Positions 20,173-30,218 of a stretch of DNA of 64,000 nucleotides are shown piece by piece. Position 1 is the first letter of the stretch, and every line of letters begins with the position of its first letter. The notes beneath the pieces are model-generated. The model made no database searches. It was not told where the DNA came from and saw only the letters and a list, made by a program, of their open reading frames with translations. The stretch is from a virus (lineage: Duplodnaviria > Caudoviricetes), in IMG/VR virus record IMGVR_UViG_3300005841_000939. One strand, 5' to 3'. Made by a program: the position numbers and the translations under genes.

Positions 20173-22368
20173 TTGACTGCTAGTGATGCGATGGATAAGA
20201 TGCGAATCCACCAAGCTATCAATTATATGACCACCAATCATCAAGACGTGATTAACACGTATCTTCCCATTACCCCAAAGATTGTACAAACAAGCCCCAT
20301 TCTTTTGAATGTTGTTTGTTTTTACTATTTTTTGCATAAGCGTTTTATAACGTTTGATGGGTATCATGCGATGTCTGTCAAAGAAAAATTTGAAATTTTC
20401 AAGCAATTCATTGACCCAAATGATGAAATTTTTAATCGTGAAGAAGTGAAATGGTTTGTCAATGAATTGCTTCACGTCATTGAAGGTAAAATTGCCGACG
20501 GAATAACCAATCCAACTCATTTACTACCTGCACAAACATTGTTATTTGGTTTGACTGGAACTGGAAAAAACAGTTTCGGATACCGAATAATATTTGGGTT
20601 TATGGTATTTGTCCTGACTTTGAGCAAAAATGTTTCAGACTGTATGTTATTGACTGAGTTGTTTTGTATTTCACACACATCACAAGTTACCAGTTTAACA
20701 TATACACATAAATCAGTTGATGGCATAAAGACTGATGAGAGCACTATTTTCAGACAGCCGCAGTTTAAAGCTCTGTTCAATGAATATACAAAAAAACATT
20801 CTTCAAATAAAGATTCCATTGATGAATTTGTTGATTCATTTGTCAAATGCGATAATGTTAGAAATTGGAGTAAAGGTGTAGATAGTGATGGCGAAGAAAA
20901 AATTGATTTACAGAAAATACTTATTGAAAAAGCAAATTGCCTCATCTGGATGGATGAAATTCAAAGTTTGGTAAGAAATGACGACATTTATGAAACTGCT
21001 ATAGGCAGAACCATGAATGAAAATTATGGACAAAATATTGAACAAAATCCATATGCATTTTCAAATCCTCAAGCAATACAAGCATTACGAAATAAAAATG
21101 TATGTACGGTGTTTTCAACTGCTACTCCTGAAAATGCCAGACAGGCAACTTCAAGAAATGTTGCCTTATATAGATTAGAAACTATCAAGAACTCGGAATC
21201 TGGAGAATTCTTAATTACTGAAATATCTCCTGGACCAAATTATCGTGGTATCAAAGATGCAATAGATACGGGCAGATTTATTCAAATAAATCCAAAAGAA
21301 GAAGGATGGGAAAAAAAGTTTGACCTTGCCTATCAAACCATGTTCAATATGTTAGCAACACAAGAAAATAAGAACATTGTAGTTCGTGGAAAAGGTGATA
21401 ATGCTGAGTATATCAAAGCCTCAATCAAAAAGATGAATTCATTTTTTGGGAAAGCTGCGTCTTTCTCATATAAGCATGTCATGGTTGATTCACAACATGA
21501 TAATGATTTGGCTAAATCATTGAAATCTTCTACTAAATCAAGACCGATTTGTGCAATCCTTAAGCAAATGATGAAGGAATGCATACATATGGAGGATACG
21601 GTTAAAATTTCAGTGGGCGGAGTAGTGTGCTCTGTTGTACATTCAACTACAGATTTATTTCAATTCGGCGGACGTTTCTGCAATAACAGTGGCAAGGATT
21701 TCCCATATTTTATAGTAGTTACGTCAAAGGATTTAATATCTGTCATTAATAATTCTTACCGTTTACTTGAAATCATTCAAGAAAAGGCCAGTGGTAAACT
21801 TGGTCATGAAGAATTCCTCAATGAATTCAAAGTTCTAAAAATGAATGAGGATTCATCTATCACGAATTGGATGATCAATGGTTGGAATATTTTAAAAGGT
21901 TTCTACGTTGATATTCCATTCAATTCGGAAGTTTTTGATATGTCTAAAACTGACATGAAGAAAGCTATGCAACATGCAATAAATTTAGGACTTGTGACAA
22001 CTAAAAACGTTTGCGCAGGATTTAAGCAAACTCAAGAAGCATCATTCAAACTGATTTCTGAATTCATGGATCCAAATGATCCTAGAAACGACTGGTCACG
22101 AACCATGAATGAAACTGAATTTGGTAAAAAGGTGAAAAAAATTGACATGGATACATTGATCCTAGACAATCCAACAAAAAATAAGAAGGAAAACTCTCGT
22201 ATCATCAGTGAATGTTTTCAGCATATCACTCAACGTCCACGCACTATGATTTCGTGGACTAATACGAACAGGACTAATATAAGAGTGTGGTGCATTGAAC
22301 GCGGCATCCACTCAGATTTCTCTGGCACTAGAACAAGAGGTAAATCAGTTATACAAGCAGGTAACTGA
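20173..22368 (+). CDS. divergent SF2 helicase-like ATPase
   Basis: Walker A GLTGTGKN, Walker B WMDEIQ, motif III-like STAT, motif VI-like QFGGRF; start codon uncertain. Confidence 0.6.
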   Translation: MTASDAMDKMRIHQAINYMTTNHQDVINTYLPITPKIVQTSPILLNVVCFYYFLHKRFITFDGYHAMSVKEKFEIFKQFIDPNDEIFNREEVKWFVNELLHVIEGKIADGITNPTHLLPAQTLLFGLTGTGKNSFGYRIIFGFMVFVLTLSKNVSDCMLLTELFCISHTSQVTSLTYTHKSVDGIKTDESTIFRQPQFKALFNEYTKKHSSNKDSIDEFVDSFVKCDNVRNWSKGVDSDGEEKIDLQKILIEKANCLIWMDEIQSLVRNDDIYETAIGRTMNENYGQNIEQNPYAFSNPQAIQALRNKNVCTVFSTATPENARQATSRNVALYRLETIKNSESGEFLITEISPGPNYRGIKDAIDTGRFIQINPKEEGWEKKFDLAYQTMFNMLATQENKNIVVRGKGDNAEYIKASIKKMNSFFGKAASFSYKHVMVDSQHDNDLAKSLKSSTKSRPICAILKQMMKECIHMEDTVKISVGGVVCSVVHSTTDLFQFGGRFCNNSGKDFPYFIVVTSKDLISVINNSYRLLEIIQEKASGKLGHEEFLNEFKVLKMNEDSSITNWMINGWNILKGFYVDIPFNSEVFDMSKTDMKKAMQHAINLGLVTTKNVCAGFKQTQEASFKLISEFMDPNDPRNDWSRTMNETEFGKKVKKIDMDTLILDNPTKNKKENSRIISECFQHITQRPRTMISWTNTNRTNIRVWCIERGIHSDFSGTRTRGKSVIQAGN

Positions 22369-22380
22369 CAAAGAAGTGCA

Positions 22381-22716
22381 TCACAAATAAGTGTTGATGC
22401 TTTTCATGTCCCATGCTGTTGAAGGACATCCAGCACGATCCAGAATTTCCGATATGGCTGGGAAAATAGTTCCTATGCCATATTTGGGATGGAGAATACA
22501 AAACGTGCGTTTTTCAAAGGTATTGTGCTTCTCTACCACAATATCGGTATAAGGACCACCCAAATAACATTTTGAATCGGTCAAACGACGATATTTCAGG
22601 TCTGCTATTTCCCAAGAGTGTGCAAAATATCTGCAATTAACAGATATGTTAGCCATGAAAATCTTGGGATCAATGTCAGTTTGAATCAATTTCTCGTATT
22701 CAAGTGCTAGGAACAT
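22381..22716 (-). CDS. hypothetical protein
   Basis: ORF. Confidence 0.6.
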   Translation of the reverse strand: MFLALEYEKLIQTDIDPKIFMANISVNCRYFAHSWEIADLKYRRLTDSKCYLGGPYTDIVVEKHNTFEKRTFCILHPKYGIGTIFPAISEILDRAGCPSTAWDMKSINTYL

Positions 22717-22717
22717 G

Positions 22718-22942
22718 TTATTTCCTAAGATCCATTTTGGCTTTGTATTCTTTTGCAGCTTTCACTATCTGATTGATACAATGCTTGCAGGTCACTGTAT
22801 GATGGAAATTGGAAATGAATATGGTGAAATCCTTCTTCTTTTTCCAACCAAGGTCTTGCAGTTTACGAATACTAATTCCACATTCTGCTTTAAACGGATT
22901 ATTTTGACGCATATGCATGGTGTAATGTGCGTGAATTTTCAT
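22718..22942 (-). CDS. small Zn-ribbon protein
   Basis: AECG..VTCKHC. Confidence 0.6.
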   Translation of the reverse strand: MKIHAHYTMHMRQNNPFKAECGISIRKLQDLGWKKKKDFTIFISNFHHTVTCKHCINQIVKAAKEYKAKMDLRK

Positions 22943-23532
22943 GATTTCATTTTCTTTTCACGTTTGACATGAGCTTTACCTTCATTGAAATTCAACCTAA
23001 TCGTATATAAACCATCGGGGGCACCAAATAATTCTTTCTCTACTCGTTTCAACATCCCTTCAACTGAAACTCTATTTTTATATTCTTTATTCGCAAGCTC
23101 ATAGCCATGCGACATCCACAATTTGACATTAGTGATGAATTTATCAAGATCAGAAGTCAAACTAAGATGCTTCATCTTCTCTTTAATCATGTTTTCTTGT
23201 CTGAGAAAATTATTATCAGTCCATTGGGTAATATCATATGAATGAGGGCAAGCCGGTATATCAAGTTTCGTATTCAGCACGGAAAACAAAAACTTATACC
23301 AAGTCAAAAAATCTGTTAAAAAATAATTACCTTGAAGTCGCCATTTCTTCACACCAAGTGCAACAAACTCTTCATAAAATTCATTACCAAAAGGAAGTAT
23401 ATGGTCAAACAAATCATGCGACAGATTGAAGAAACTGGTTGGTACAAAACTTTCAGGTGCATTAACCAAATGAAAGGTCAATCTTGTGTCTGATTTGGAC
23501 TTTATGATTTGTTTCGTAACGATCATGATCAA
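22939..23532 (-). CDS. hypothetical protein
   Basis: ORF. Confidence 0.7.
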   Translation of the reverse strand: MIMIVTKQIIKSKSDTRLTFHLVNAPESFVPTSFFNLSHDLFDHILPFGNEFYEEFVALGVKKWRLQGNYFLTDFLTWYKFLFSVLNTKLDIPACPHSYDITQWTDNNFLRQENMIKEKMKHLSLTSDLDKFITNVKLWMSHGYELANKEYKNRVSVEGMLKRVEKELFGAPDGLYTIRLNFNEGKAHVKREKKMKS

Positions 23533-24053
23533 GCAAACGGCAGAAGTTGATCAGGAATTTTGTAAGAGTTTTCCTGCAAAAGCTTTATCACATCAGGTAA
23601 TCTAAAAAAGTTTCTTGGCACTGTCTTATCCCTATCACCAACATATACATTTAAATATCTGCCACGGAAAATAATCCACGGCGAAAAATATTCTTGTGAT
23701 TTGATGACATCGCGAGAAACATATCCAAGAAACCATGGGACATTTTTTGTATCATCAATCGGTTCCAACTTCAACAATTCCATTCCATGAACCGGAGAAG
23801 TCGCTGAAAAAGGCGCATGCGGAGGAATTGGTTCACTATGACGAACACACCACGCCTGCACTGTCCTAATATGACCATCTTGATTCGTCGGAACAATCCG
23901 AACACCAATACCATTCCAGGCATCAAAGATCACTGCACTATACCACTTAGGAAACTTGCTTTCAGGGATATACGAGAAATAGCAATCCATACCCTTCTTA
24001 CAGGTTAGTGCCATCTGGTAATCCAGCCGAATTAATGCTTCATGGTCTGGCAT
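23529..24053 (-). CDS. hypothetical protein
   Basis: ORF; TTGACA-N15-TACGAT just upstream of ATG 24053. Confidence 0.7.
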   Translation of the reverse strand: MPDHEALIRLDYQMALTCKKGMDCYFSYIPESKFPKWYSAVIFDAWNGIGVRIVPTNQDGHIRTVQAWCVRHSEPIPPHAPFSATSPVHGMELLKLEPIDDTKNVPWFLGYVSRDVIKSQEYFSPWIIFRGRYLNVYVGDRDKTVPRNFFRLPDVIKLLQENSYKIPDQLLPFA

Positions 24054-24169
24054 AAACCGTATCGTAGTAGATAAAAACACATGTCAAGGCTTAAGGTTAC
24101 ACCCATACACTCTATAAGTCCTTGACTCTCAACCCAAACCTATACACTGATAACTCTAAGGATTCCATC

Positions 24170-24595
24170 ATGGCCAAGAAGAAGTCAATCCCCCAGGTCG
24201 CAGTTAAGGTGACTGCTTACAAAACATTCCTCGCAATTGAATTGCTCGCTACAAAAAGTATCAGCGAAAAGCTTACCCTTTCTATTGACAATCCAGGATG
24301 CATCGGTCAAGTCATTCATGGTCTGAAAGATCAACTCGGCGTATCCAAGGAAGCCCTCAAGCTCCTCGCTCAAATTGGTAAAAGTCGTGATTCCATCGGT
24401 GATGTGGATTGCTTCAAGTCAGATGATGGCAACCTCAATTTCTGCTGGCTTGGTGGCACGCATAAGCTGATCAATGTTACTCCAGGAAATGCCCTCGGTA
24501 GCAGTACGTATGTTGCTCCCACTGAAAAGGATGTCACTGTCATCCCCAACGAATTTCCGGCAGAAGCAAAAGCCGTAGTGGATAAGAATTCGTAA
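24170..24595 (+). CDS. hypothetical protein
   Basis: ORF; TTGACT-N15-TACACT at 24122. Confidence 0.75.
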   Translation: MAKKKSIPQVAVKVTAYKTFLAIELLATKSISEKLTLSIDNPGCIGQVIHGLKDQLGVSKEALKLLAQIGKSRDSIGDVDCFKSDDGNLNFCWLGGTHKLINVTPGNALGSSTYVAPTEKDVTVIPNEFPAEAKAVVDKNS

Positions 24596-25045
24596 TAGGC
24601 ATTTCCTATCTACGAAATGAATTGAAGGAATTTCCCAGCCCAATCAATTTCCTGGCGGCCGAATTTTTTCTAAGGAATTACGAAAAGCTAAAAGTTTAAT
24701 CCTAGCCAGTATGGACATTTTATAAAGCTGTCCAGATAGAAGGCATTCTCTGACCCTCAGATTTTTCGCCACAAACGGTCGGATTCTTCTGAAGGCAATG
24801 AGAAAGGATTAAAATAAGAAAGAAAAGGCGGCTTAGCGTGCAGGCCTGGGGGGTCAAGTACCAGTTAGAACTGTGTTTGGGACACCCCACTAAAGTCCCC
24901 CATTTTGGGGAGAGTCTATGGCTTTCAAGCACTTACATATACCCCTCCATAGTGGGGGTGTTGTGGGGGAGTTGCTTCATGGGTTGATCATAACTACATG
25001 TGCTACAAGTCAATACCTATTTTTTTAGATAAAGCGCCCTCCTAG

Positions 25046-25069
25046 TATCATGCTTTGGAATATGTCAAG
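25046..25069 (-). promoter_or_regulatory. class II motif TTGACA-N10-CATGATA
   Basis: One of ~19 copies (see findings). Confidence 0.6.
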
Positions 25070-25194
25070 CGGTATCTTTAAGAGTTTGTCGCATATCATG
25101 ATACCGCATGAATGCAATTTAAAAGAAAGGTATTGACCTGCCTAGAAGAAGGTATATAGTCTTAATTGTCATCCACTCATACTCCTGGAATATC

Positions 25195-25326
25195 ATGAAC
25201 ATCACTGCCCTTGCTCTTGCTGACATTGCTTCAGACACTCATGAGGAGCAGATGGAAATCCGGGCGCGTGAGAAGCAAGCCGAAGAGGATCAGTACACCG
25301 CTGATATGGATTTGTATGATGAATAG
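25195..25326 (+). CDS. 43-aa acidic peptide
   Basis: Own promoter TTGACC-N16-TATAGT; below ORF-track cutoff. Confidence 0.6.
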   Translation: MNITALALADIASDTHEEQMEIRAREKQAEEDQYTADMDLYDE

Positions 25327-25420
25327 GAGAAATCCTTTCATTACGACCAGTTGAGCCTTTATCATGCTTTGAATGATTGCAAGTAATAAATGATTCGGAA
25401 AGATAACAGGCAAATAGTTC

Positions 25421-25447
25421 TTGACCTTACCTAAGTATTCCTATGAT
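25421..25447 (+). promoter_or_regulatory. class I promoter
   Basis: TTGACC-N15-TATGAT. Confidence 0.7.
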
Positions 25448-25469
25448 AAAGGTATACAAAGGTTATCCC

Positions 25470-25973
25470 ATGAATATCATGAACATCCGTAGCCAAGCAT
25501 CCCTGAAGAATACCATCGCGCATTTCCGACTGCGTGCTGCAAATTTCTTCAAGAATGAAGATGGTACTACGGATGTATACACCGTTGATAAGTGTGATTA
25601 CTGCAAGACTGTGTGTCGTGCTCCGAATGGTGTGAAGTTCATGAAAGAAACCAAGCAGGAATGGTTTGGTCAGATTGGCATGACCGAAGATAAGGTCATG
25701 TTGGATGAAATCAGTGCAAACGATGACGGTGATGCAGTTTGTGAAAATTGCTACAATGAGCCATCGGATGAGGTGACTGTTACGGTGGTGATTCCGTTCA
25801 AGGCCGATCACTATCAATTCACGTTCAAGACTGGAAAGGATGAGGATGCTCTGTGGATTCGTCGCGTGTATATCGGAAAGGATATGAACGCCATCCATAC
25901 GAAGGCAAAGGCACGTGCTCTGCGTGAGTATCCTGAGTCCTACGGTCATGTCACTCATTCCCCTCAGTGCTAA
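25470..25973 (+). CDS. Zn-finger hypothetical protein
   Basis: CDYC..VCENC. Confidence 0.7.
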   Translation: MNIMNIRSQASLKNTIAHFRLRAANFFKNEDGTTDVYTVDKCDYCKTVCRAPNGVKFMKETKQEWFGQIGMTEDKVMLDEISANDDGDAVCENCYNEPSDEVTVTVVIPFKADHYQFTFKTGKDEDALWIRRVYIGKDMNAIHTKAKARALREYPESYGHVTHSPQC

Positions 25974-25983
25974 AGGATAAGTC

Positions 25984-26256
25984 ATGCCTATTCCCGCTGG
26001 TATTGCTGAAGCATTCCCCTGGATGGTTGGGACGAAGGAAATACAAGCTTCGGCCTTCATCTGGAATGAATGGCAAGGGGACAATTCCTTTTTGGGTAAT
26101 TTTGATGAAACGGGGTGTGCTGTACGCAAGCCTGAAGGATGGAATGTCTTGGGATGGTGCGATGGTGGCAAACTGACTGTCCGACCACGTCCAGGCATGC
26201 TTGCTGTGATGTTCGAGGATGAATCAGGTGAACGGTTCTGGTGTCATATCGTATAA
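25984..26256 (+). CDS. hypothetical protein
   Basis: ORF with AAGGA. Confidence 0.65.
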   Translation: MPIPAGIAEAFPWMVGTKEIQASAFIWNEWQGDNSFLGNFDETGCAVRKPEGWNVLGWCDGGKLTVRPRPGMLAVMFEDESGERFWCHIV

Positions 26257-26311
26257 AAAAGGTATTGACCTTCCTTATTTATTCCTACAATAAAGGTATA
26301 AGAAGATAATT

Positions 26312-26647
26312 ATGTACAACCATTCAGATTTCCAAGGCAGTCCCAAAGAAGTTGCAGAGAAGCGAGAGCAGGCCTTGAGTGAAGGTCTGGTTCGTTTGGG
26401 TGCAAAGTATGGATTGACCTTTGAGTCAGTCCGACGGATGAACCCGAATGGAGATTTCAGTCTGACGCTGACCCGAATTCCGTATGGTCATCCCCAGCCT
26501 AAATATGGTGAAGAGTTCGCAAAGATCCTTTCAAAGTACGGAGTCTTCTGCGGTAATGTGATAACGCATCATATGCACGCCAATGATAATTGGTGCTATA
26601 TGAATCATTTTACAGTTGAAACGATGTTAGAGGAGTTGGGGATCTAA
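26312..26647 (+). CDS. hypothetical protein
   Basis: Own class I promoter. Confidence 0.7.
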   Translation: MYNHSDFQGSPKEVAEKREQALSEGLVRLGAKYGLTFESVRRMNPNGDFSLTLTRIPYGHPQPKYGEEFAKILSKYGVFCGNVITHHMHANDNWCYMNHFTVETMLEELGI

Positions 26648-26749
26648 TCCCTTTCTCTTTTATCTATCTGTGCTTGGTATCATGCTTTATAATTAGGTCA
26701 AGAACAAATAAAGGTATTGACTGAGGATATATTATTGTATGATAAAGGA

Positions 26750-26959
26750 ATGGCTGAAACTCCAATTATCCCTGAGAAGTCTTGCAAGAACTGCATTCAT
26801 TATCGGCCTTACCAAACCTGGCATATGAAACAGGCAGTCATGCAGTGTGAAGGTGATGCGGCCAATCATGTTGTTGCAGATGCTTCGGATGATACGGGAT
26901 TGCAATCATGGTTCAGACCACCCGAGACGTTTTGTTGCAGTGGTTGTGGTGAAAAATAA
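26750..26959 (+). CDS. small Cys-rich protein
   Basis: SCKNCIHY..FCCSGC; TTGACT-N15-TATGAT, ATG 6 nt later. Confidence 0.65.
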   Translation: MAETPIIPEKSCKNCIHYRPYQTWHMKQAVMQCEGDAANHVVADASDDTGLQSWFRPPETFCCSGCGEK

Positions 26960-27013
26960 GGTTTGCAATCATCTAAGACCTTATACAATAAAGTTATACA
27001 AAGGATACCAATT

Positions 27014-27334
27014 ATGCCGCAGCCCATCCAAGCTATTTCAATGACGTACGTTTCTGCTCGGGATCGGAATGGCAACAAGTACGAATTTTCCCTCGTCTGG
27101 TCAGTTTTGCAAGGGAAGGAGAAGGTGTTGAGTTTCGGTGACTGTTCGGCCAGTAACATTCGCACGATCCTTACCAATTTTTTCGGTGGTAATCATGAAG
27201 TGTCCCTGAGCTTGGAACAAACGAATATTAAGCGGGCCGAATGGGATGAACTGCGGCGTATCAATAAAGCCATGTATCGCAATGGTCTGGAAACGCAACT
27301 GGCCTTGCAAGAGATGTTCCCGAAGAAAGGGTGA
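27014..27334 (+). CDS. hypothetical protein
   Basis: TTGCAA-N15-TACAAT upstream. Confidence 0.65.
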   Translation: MPQPIQAISMTYVSARDRNGNKYEFSLVWSVLQGKEKVLSFGDCSASNIRTILTNFFGGNHEVSLSLEQTNIKRAEWDELRRINKAMYRNGLETQLALQEMFPKKG

Positions 27335-27337
27335 ACC

Positions 27338-27595
27338 ATGGATCCGATGACTACCCGTTGTGTCTATGAGGCTGTCCGAGGAGCATTGCTTCCATGTAAG
27401 GTGGTGGCAATGTTCAATTCAAAGGCATATGGGCCACGTTTCCATATCAAGTTCACATCAAAAAATGATATTTTCAAGAAGGGTGAAGTAATCGGAGTAT
27501 TCCCTTCACAAGTTCACCCAAGAAAGAATGTCCGAATGAAAAGGGGAATCAAGTATGTAACCCCTGTTGAATGGCAGGTGCCTCCAGTGAAATAA
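27338..27595 (+). CDS. hypothetical protein
   Basis: ORF. Confidence 0.65.
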   Translation: MDPMTTRCVYEAVRGALLPCKVVAMFNSKAYGPRFHIKFTSKNDIFKKGEVIGVFPSQVHPRKNVRMKRGIKYVTPVEWQVPPVK

Positions 27596-27648
27596 AGGTG
27601 TTGACCTTAGTCCCGTTTTCCTACAATACAGTTATAAGGAAAACAATC

Positions 27649-27906
27649 ATGACTGAGTTCTTCAACACCAAGGAATTTCTCAACACCCCGAGGGGCCCGC
27701 TGCCCACCGATCGGCTGGAGCGGATGCGCATGCTTGGCGCACAGGACGCGCATGAAAGCGGAAGCTGCATCAAAGGTGCCATGTACGATGAGGCTGAAGC
27801 CCTGGAATCAATGTCGGAACTGTACGATGACACCCCAACCGAAGCGGACAAGGCCGCATACACCGAGGGTTGGAATGATTTCATGGATGGTGAGGAAGAA
27901 GAATAA
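27649..27906 (+). CDS. acidic hypothetical protein
   Basis: TTGACC-N15-TACAAT at 27601; terminator downstream. Confidence 0.7.
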   Translation: MTEFFNTKEFLNTPRGPLPTDRLERMRMLGAQDAHESGSCIKGAMYDEAEALESMSELYDDTPTEADKAAYTEGWNDFMDGEEEE

Positions 27907-27920
27907 TCCTCAGAGAAGAG

Positions 27921-27948
27921 AAGGTCCTATTACAAAATAGGACTTTTT
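27921..27948 (+). terminator. intrinsic terminator
   Basis: AGGTCCTAT..ATAGGACT + T-run. Confidence 0.7.
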
Positions 27949-27951
27949 CTT

Positions 27952-28140
27952 CTACTTCTTTATCCTAATATCATGCTTTTTATGGGGTGCAAGGGGAAGT
28001 TTTGGGCAATTTTGTGGGTACGGTCTTAGTTCATATTTGATGAATTTGTAATCATCAGTTATATGACTGACGATTGACCATCCGGTAACTCTTAGAATTG
28101 GGTTTAAGAGCACCTTTATGAAAGTTCTATGTCTTACCAT
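27952..28140 (-). CDS. hypothetical protein
   Basis: ORF in - operon. Confidence 0.5.
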   Translation of the reverse strand: MVRHRTFIKVLLNPILRVTGWSIVSHITDDYKFIKYELRPYPQNCPKLPLAPHKKHDIRIKK

Positions 28141-28141
28141 A

Positions 28142-28336
28142 TTATTTTGAAAAGGTGGTCACAACGTTAAATGCATACCACTTGCCATCTATTTTGATGG
28201 TTGAATGCTGTTGATGATACTCTGATGTGAGAGCATTGGCCTGATTGATAGCTTCCTTTCGGGTTTCTACCCCTTTGGTTGCACAGTCTTCGGGCTTGAG
28301 GTCTTTGCGTTTCATTTGATACCCAGGGCACCGCAT
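28142..28336 (-). CDS. hypothetical protein
   Basis: ORF in - operon. Confidence 0.55.
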   Translation of the reverse strand: MRCPGYQMKRKDLKPEDCATKGVETRKEAINQANALTSEYHQQHSTIKIDGKWYAFNVVTTFSK

Positions 28337-28581
28337 TCCTGGATATGAATGAGGTTCGCATGTTCATCACATGCAGCCTTTGCGTCCTTCATGGTGCGAT
28401 GGAAAATCACCTCAGAATTGACATCAATGATCGGACCATTGTACTTGGCATCATGACGCTTTGCCGTCCAACTTTCATCCTCATCCTTGGTAATACGATA
28501 AACATACTTTCCCAGGTGAGAAAAGTAGCTACCTTTTCTGAAATTATTTTTGGTCCAGTAAAGCTTTATGGGATCTATCAT
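28312..28581 (-). CDS. hypothetical protein
   Basis: TTGCAA-N15-TATAGT upstream. Confidence 0.65.
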   Translation of the reverse strand: MIDPIKLYWTKNNFRKGSYFSHLGKYVYRITKDEDESWTAKRHDAKYNGPIIDVNSEVIFHRTMKDAKAACDEHANLIHIQECGALGIK

Positions 28582-28674
28582 AATACCGAAACTATATAAG
28601 GATATTAGGTTTTGCAAGACCTTTTCATTACATAAAAGGTCTTGACCTAGGGTAAGCAGGTATATGATTCGGGT

Positions 28675-29019
28675 ATGAATCTTCCAGTCAAGCGTGCCTT
28701 AAAGGTTGGTGGGTTGAAACCCCTCAAGCAATTTTTTGTGAAGGCTCAGTTCATTTCGGAAACTGAGCAGCGAGCCATTGCCCAACAGATCCTGAATCGT
28801 CTGGAACAGGACAACGTGTTGAAGCATGTGCAGCTTCGTGGCGCAATCGAACGGGTTGTGCATCCGTATCGTGTTCGTGGCCCCTATCAGATTGATAACA
28901 GGGCGGCTGATGCCTTGTTAGTTCGCTGGATTCAGCAAGGCATCGCCACAAATCCTGGTCGGAAGCCGTTCTACATCATCAATCGCGAAAGGCTGATCCA
29001 ATGGATGTCACAGCCCTGA
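28675..29019 (+). CDS. hypothetical (possibly winged-helix) protein
   Basis: TTGACC-N15-TATGAT at 28642, leaderless. Confidence 0.7.
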   Translation: MNLPVKRALKVGGLKPLKQFFVKAQFISETEQRAIAQQILNRLEQDNVLKHVQLRGAIERVVHPYRVRGPYQIDNRAADALLVRWIQQGIATNPGRKPFYIINRERLIQWMSQP

Positions 29020-29020
29020 A

Positions 29021-29097
29021 TGGTGGGAAGTCAGGGACTCGAACCCTGGACCTGGGGTTTATGAGACCCTTGCTCTAACCGACTGAGCTAACTTCCC
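29021..29097 (-). tRNA. tRNA with CAT anticodon (elongator Met or Ile2/lysidine)
   Basis: GGGAAGT/ACTTCCC acceptor, loop CTCATAA, TTCGAGT, encoded CCA. Confidence 0.9.
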
Positions 29098-29111
29098 TTA
29101 TGGAACTGTTG

Positions 29112-29134
29112 TATCATGCTTTATGCATTGTCAA
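29112..29134 (-). promoter_or_regulatory. class II motif directly upstream of tRNA(CAT)
   Basis: TTGACA-N10-CATGATA ending ~14 nt before tRNA 5' end. Confidence 0.65.
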
Positions 29135-29186
29135 TAGGAAATAAAATGTGTTGCAATTAGGTTAACCACCTTATATTGAAGCAATC

Positions 29187-29477
29187 ATGATCGAACTTAA
29201 CGAAGCCGCCATCATCGAAGCATCCCAACTCTTGATCAAGGAAGTCAATGGTGAAGACCTGGGAGTCTATGGCAAAAATGCTGGCAATCATGCAGGACGT
29301 CCGATCTCCTTCTTCTACAGCAAAAACGACAAGATCAAGAAGCAGGCATACAAGATCCATGCGATCCTGTGGTTCCGAATCAACTACGGCCTGGGTCTGG
29401 TTGAGGCCAAGTACCATGCCGAACAGATGATGAGCGATGCGAAATACGGAATGTCCAAGCACTTTATTACGTGGTAA
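29187..29477 (+). CDS. hypothetical protein
   Basis: ORF with promoter. Confidence 0.7.
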   Translation: MIELNEAAIIEASQLLIKEVNGEDLGVYGKNAGNHAGRPISFFYSKNDKIKKQAYKIHAILWFRINYGLGLVEAKYHAEQMMSDAKYGMSKHFITW

Positions 29478-29516
29478 TAAGGCTTGACCTTTCTCTAAAC
29501 TCCTTACACTAAAATT

Positions 29517-29780
29517 ATGAATAAGATCGAAATCATCGTGGATCAAAAGGAACAGGAAGCTTTCAATGCTGGAAAGGAAGCATGGTTCTCCATCGGCATC
29601 AAGAATCCTCACAATGATCCAGTCCTGGCAGCTTTCTGGACGCTTGGTTTCAACCAATCGGCACAGTCAGAGCAACGGCATTGTGACAGCCTGATCAAGC
29701 CCATCACGAACGAAAACCTCAAGAAAATCGATGAACTGATGACCCGCAACATCGAAGCAATGCACGATGATATGACCTGA
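29517..29780 (+). CDS. hypothetical protein
   Basis: TTGACC-N15-TACACT at 29484, leaderless. Confidence 0.7.
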   Translation: MNKIEIIVDQKEQEAFNAGKEAWFSIGIKNPHNDPVLAAFWTLGFNQSAQSEQRHCDSLIKPITNENLKKIDELMTRNIEAMHDDMT

Positions 29781-29894
29781 TCCAAAAGATCGGGTTCTTT
29801 ATTGACATGACCATCAAGCATGATATAGGAAACGACCAGGAATAATATATCAATAAAGGTCTTGCAATAAGGTAATTCCCTTTACGATCATGTT

Positions 29895-30218
29895 ATGAGC
29901 TACAATTTTGACACCAAGAGCATCCCCGCAATCTTCACTTCGGCCGAAGCTGAATCCATGGTGCAGGCCATGAATATGTGCGACATTCTGTCCGAAGTTA
30001 TTGACGTGCTGAAGGAGTCTCTGTATTGGTTCGGTGATCGTGAATTCACCGAGGAGTCAATTGAAGCCACTACCAAGCAGGCCTATCGCGTTGCTGCTCG
30101 CATCATCTATCGTTCGGATGTGCTGAAAAACCCTGGCCAAATCGAGCAAGTCCGTTTGCTGATGAATGGCGATGAAAAGACTACCAATCATTTCAGGGAT
30201 CTGATTAAGTTTTATTAA
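29895..30218 (+). CDS. hypothetical protein
   Basis: TTGCAA-N15-TACGAT at 29862, leaderless. Confidence 0.7.
   Translation: MSYNFDTKSIPAIFTSAEAESMVQAMNMCDILSEVIDVLKESLYWFGDREFTEESIEATTKQAYRVAARIIYRSDVLKNPGQIEQVRLLMNGDEKTTNHFRDLIKFY

Noticed and set aside
25431-26198. 255-aa - strand ORF
   Set aside because: Overlaps two better-supported + strand genes with their own promoter.
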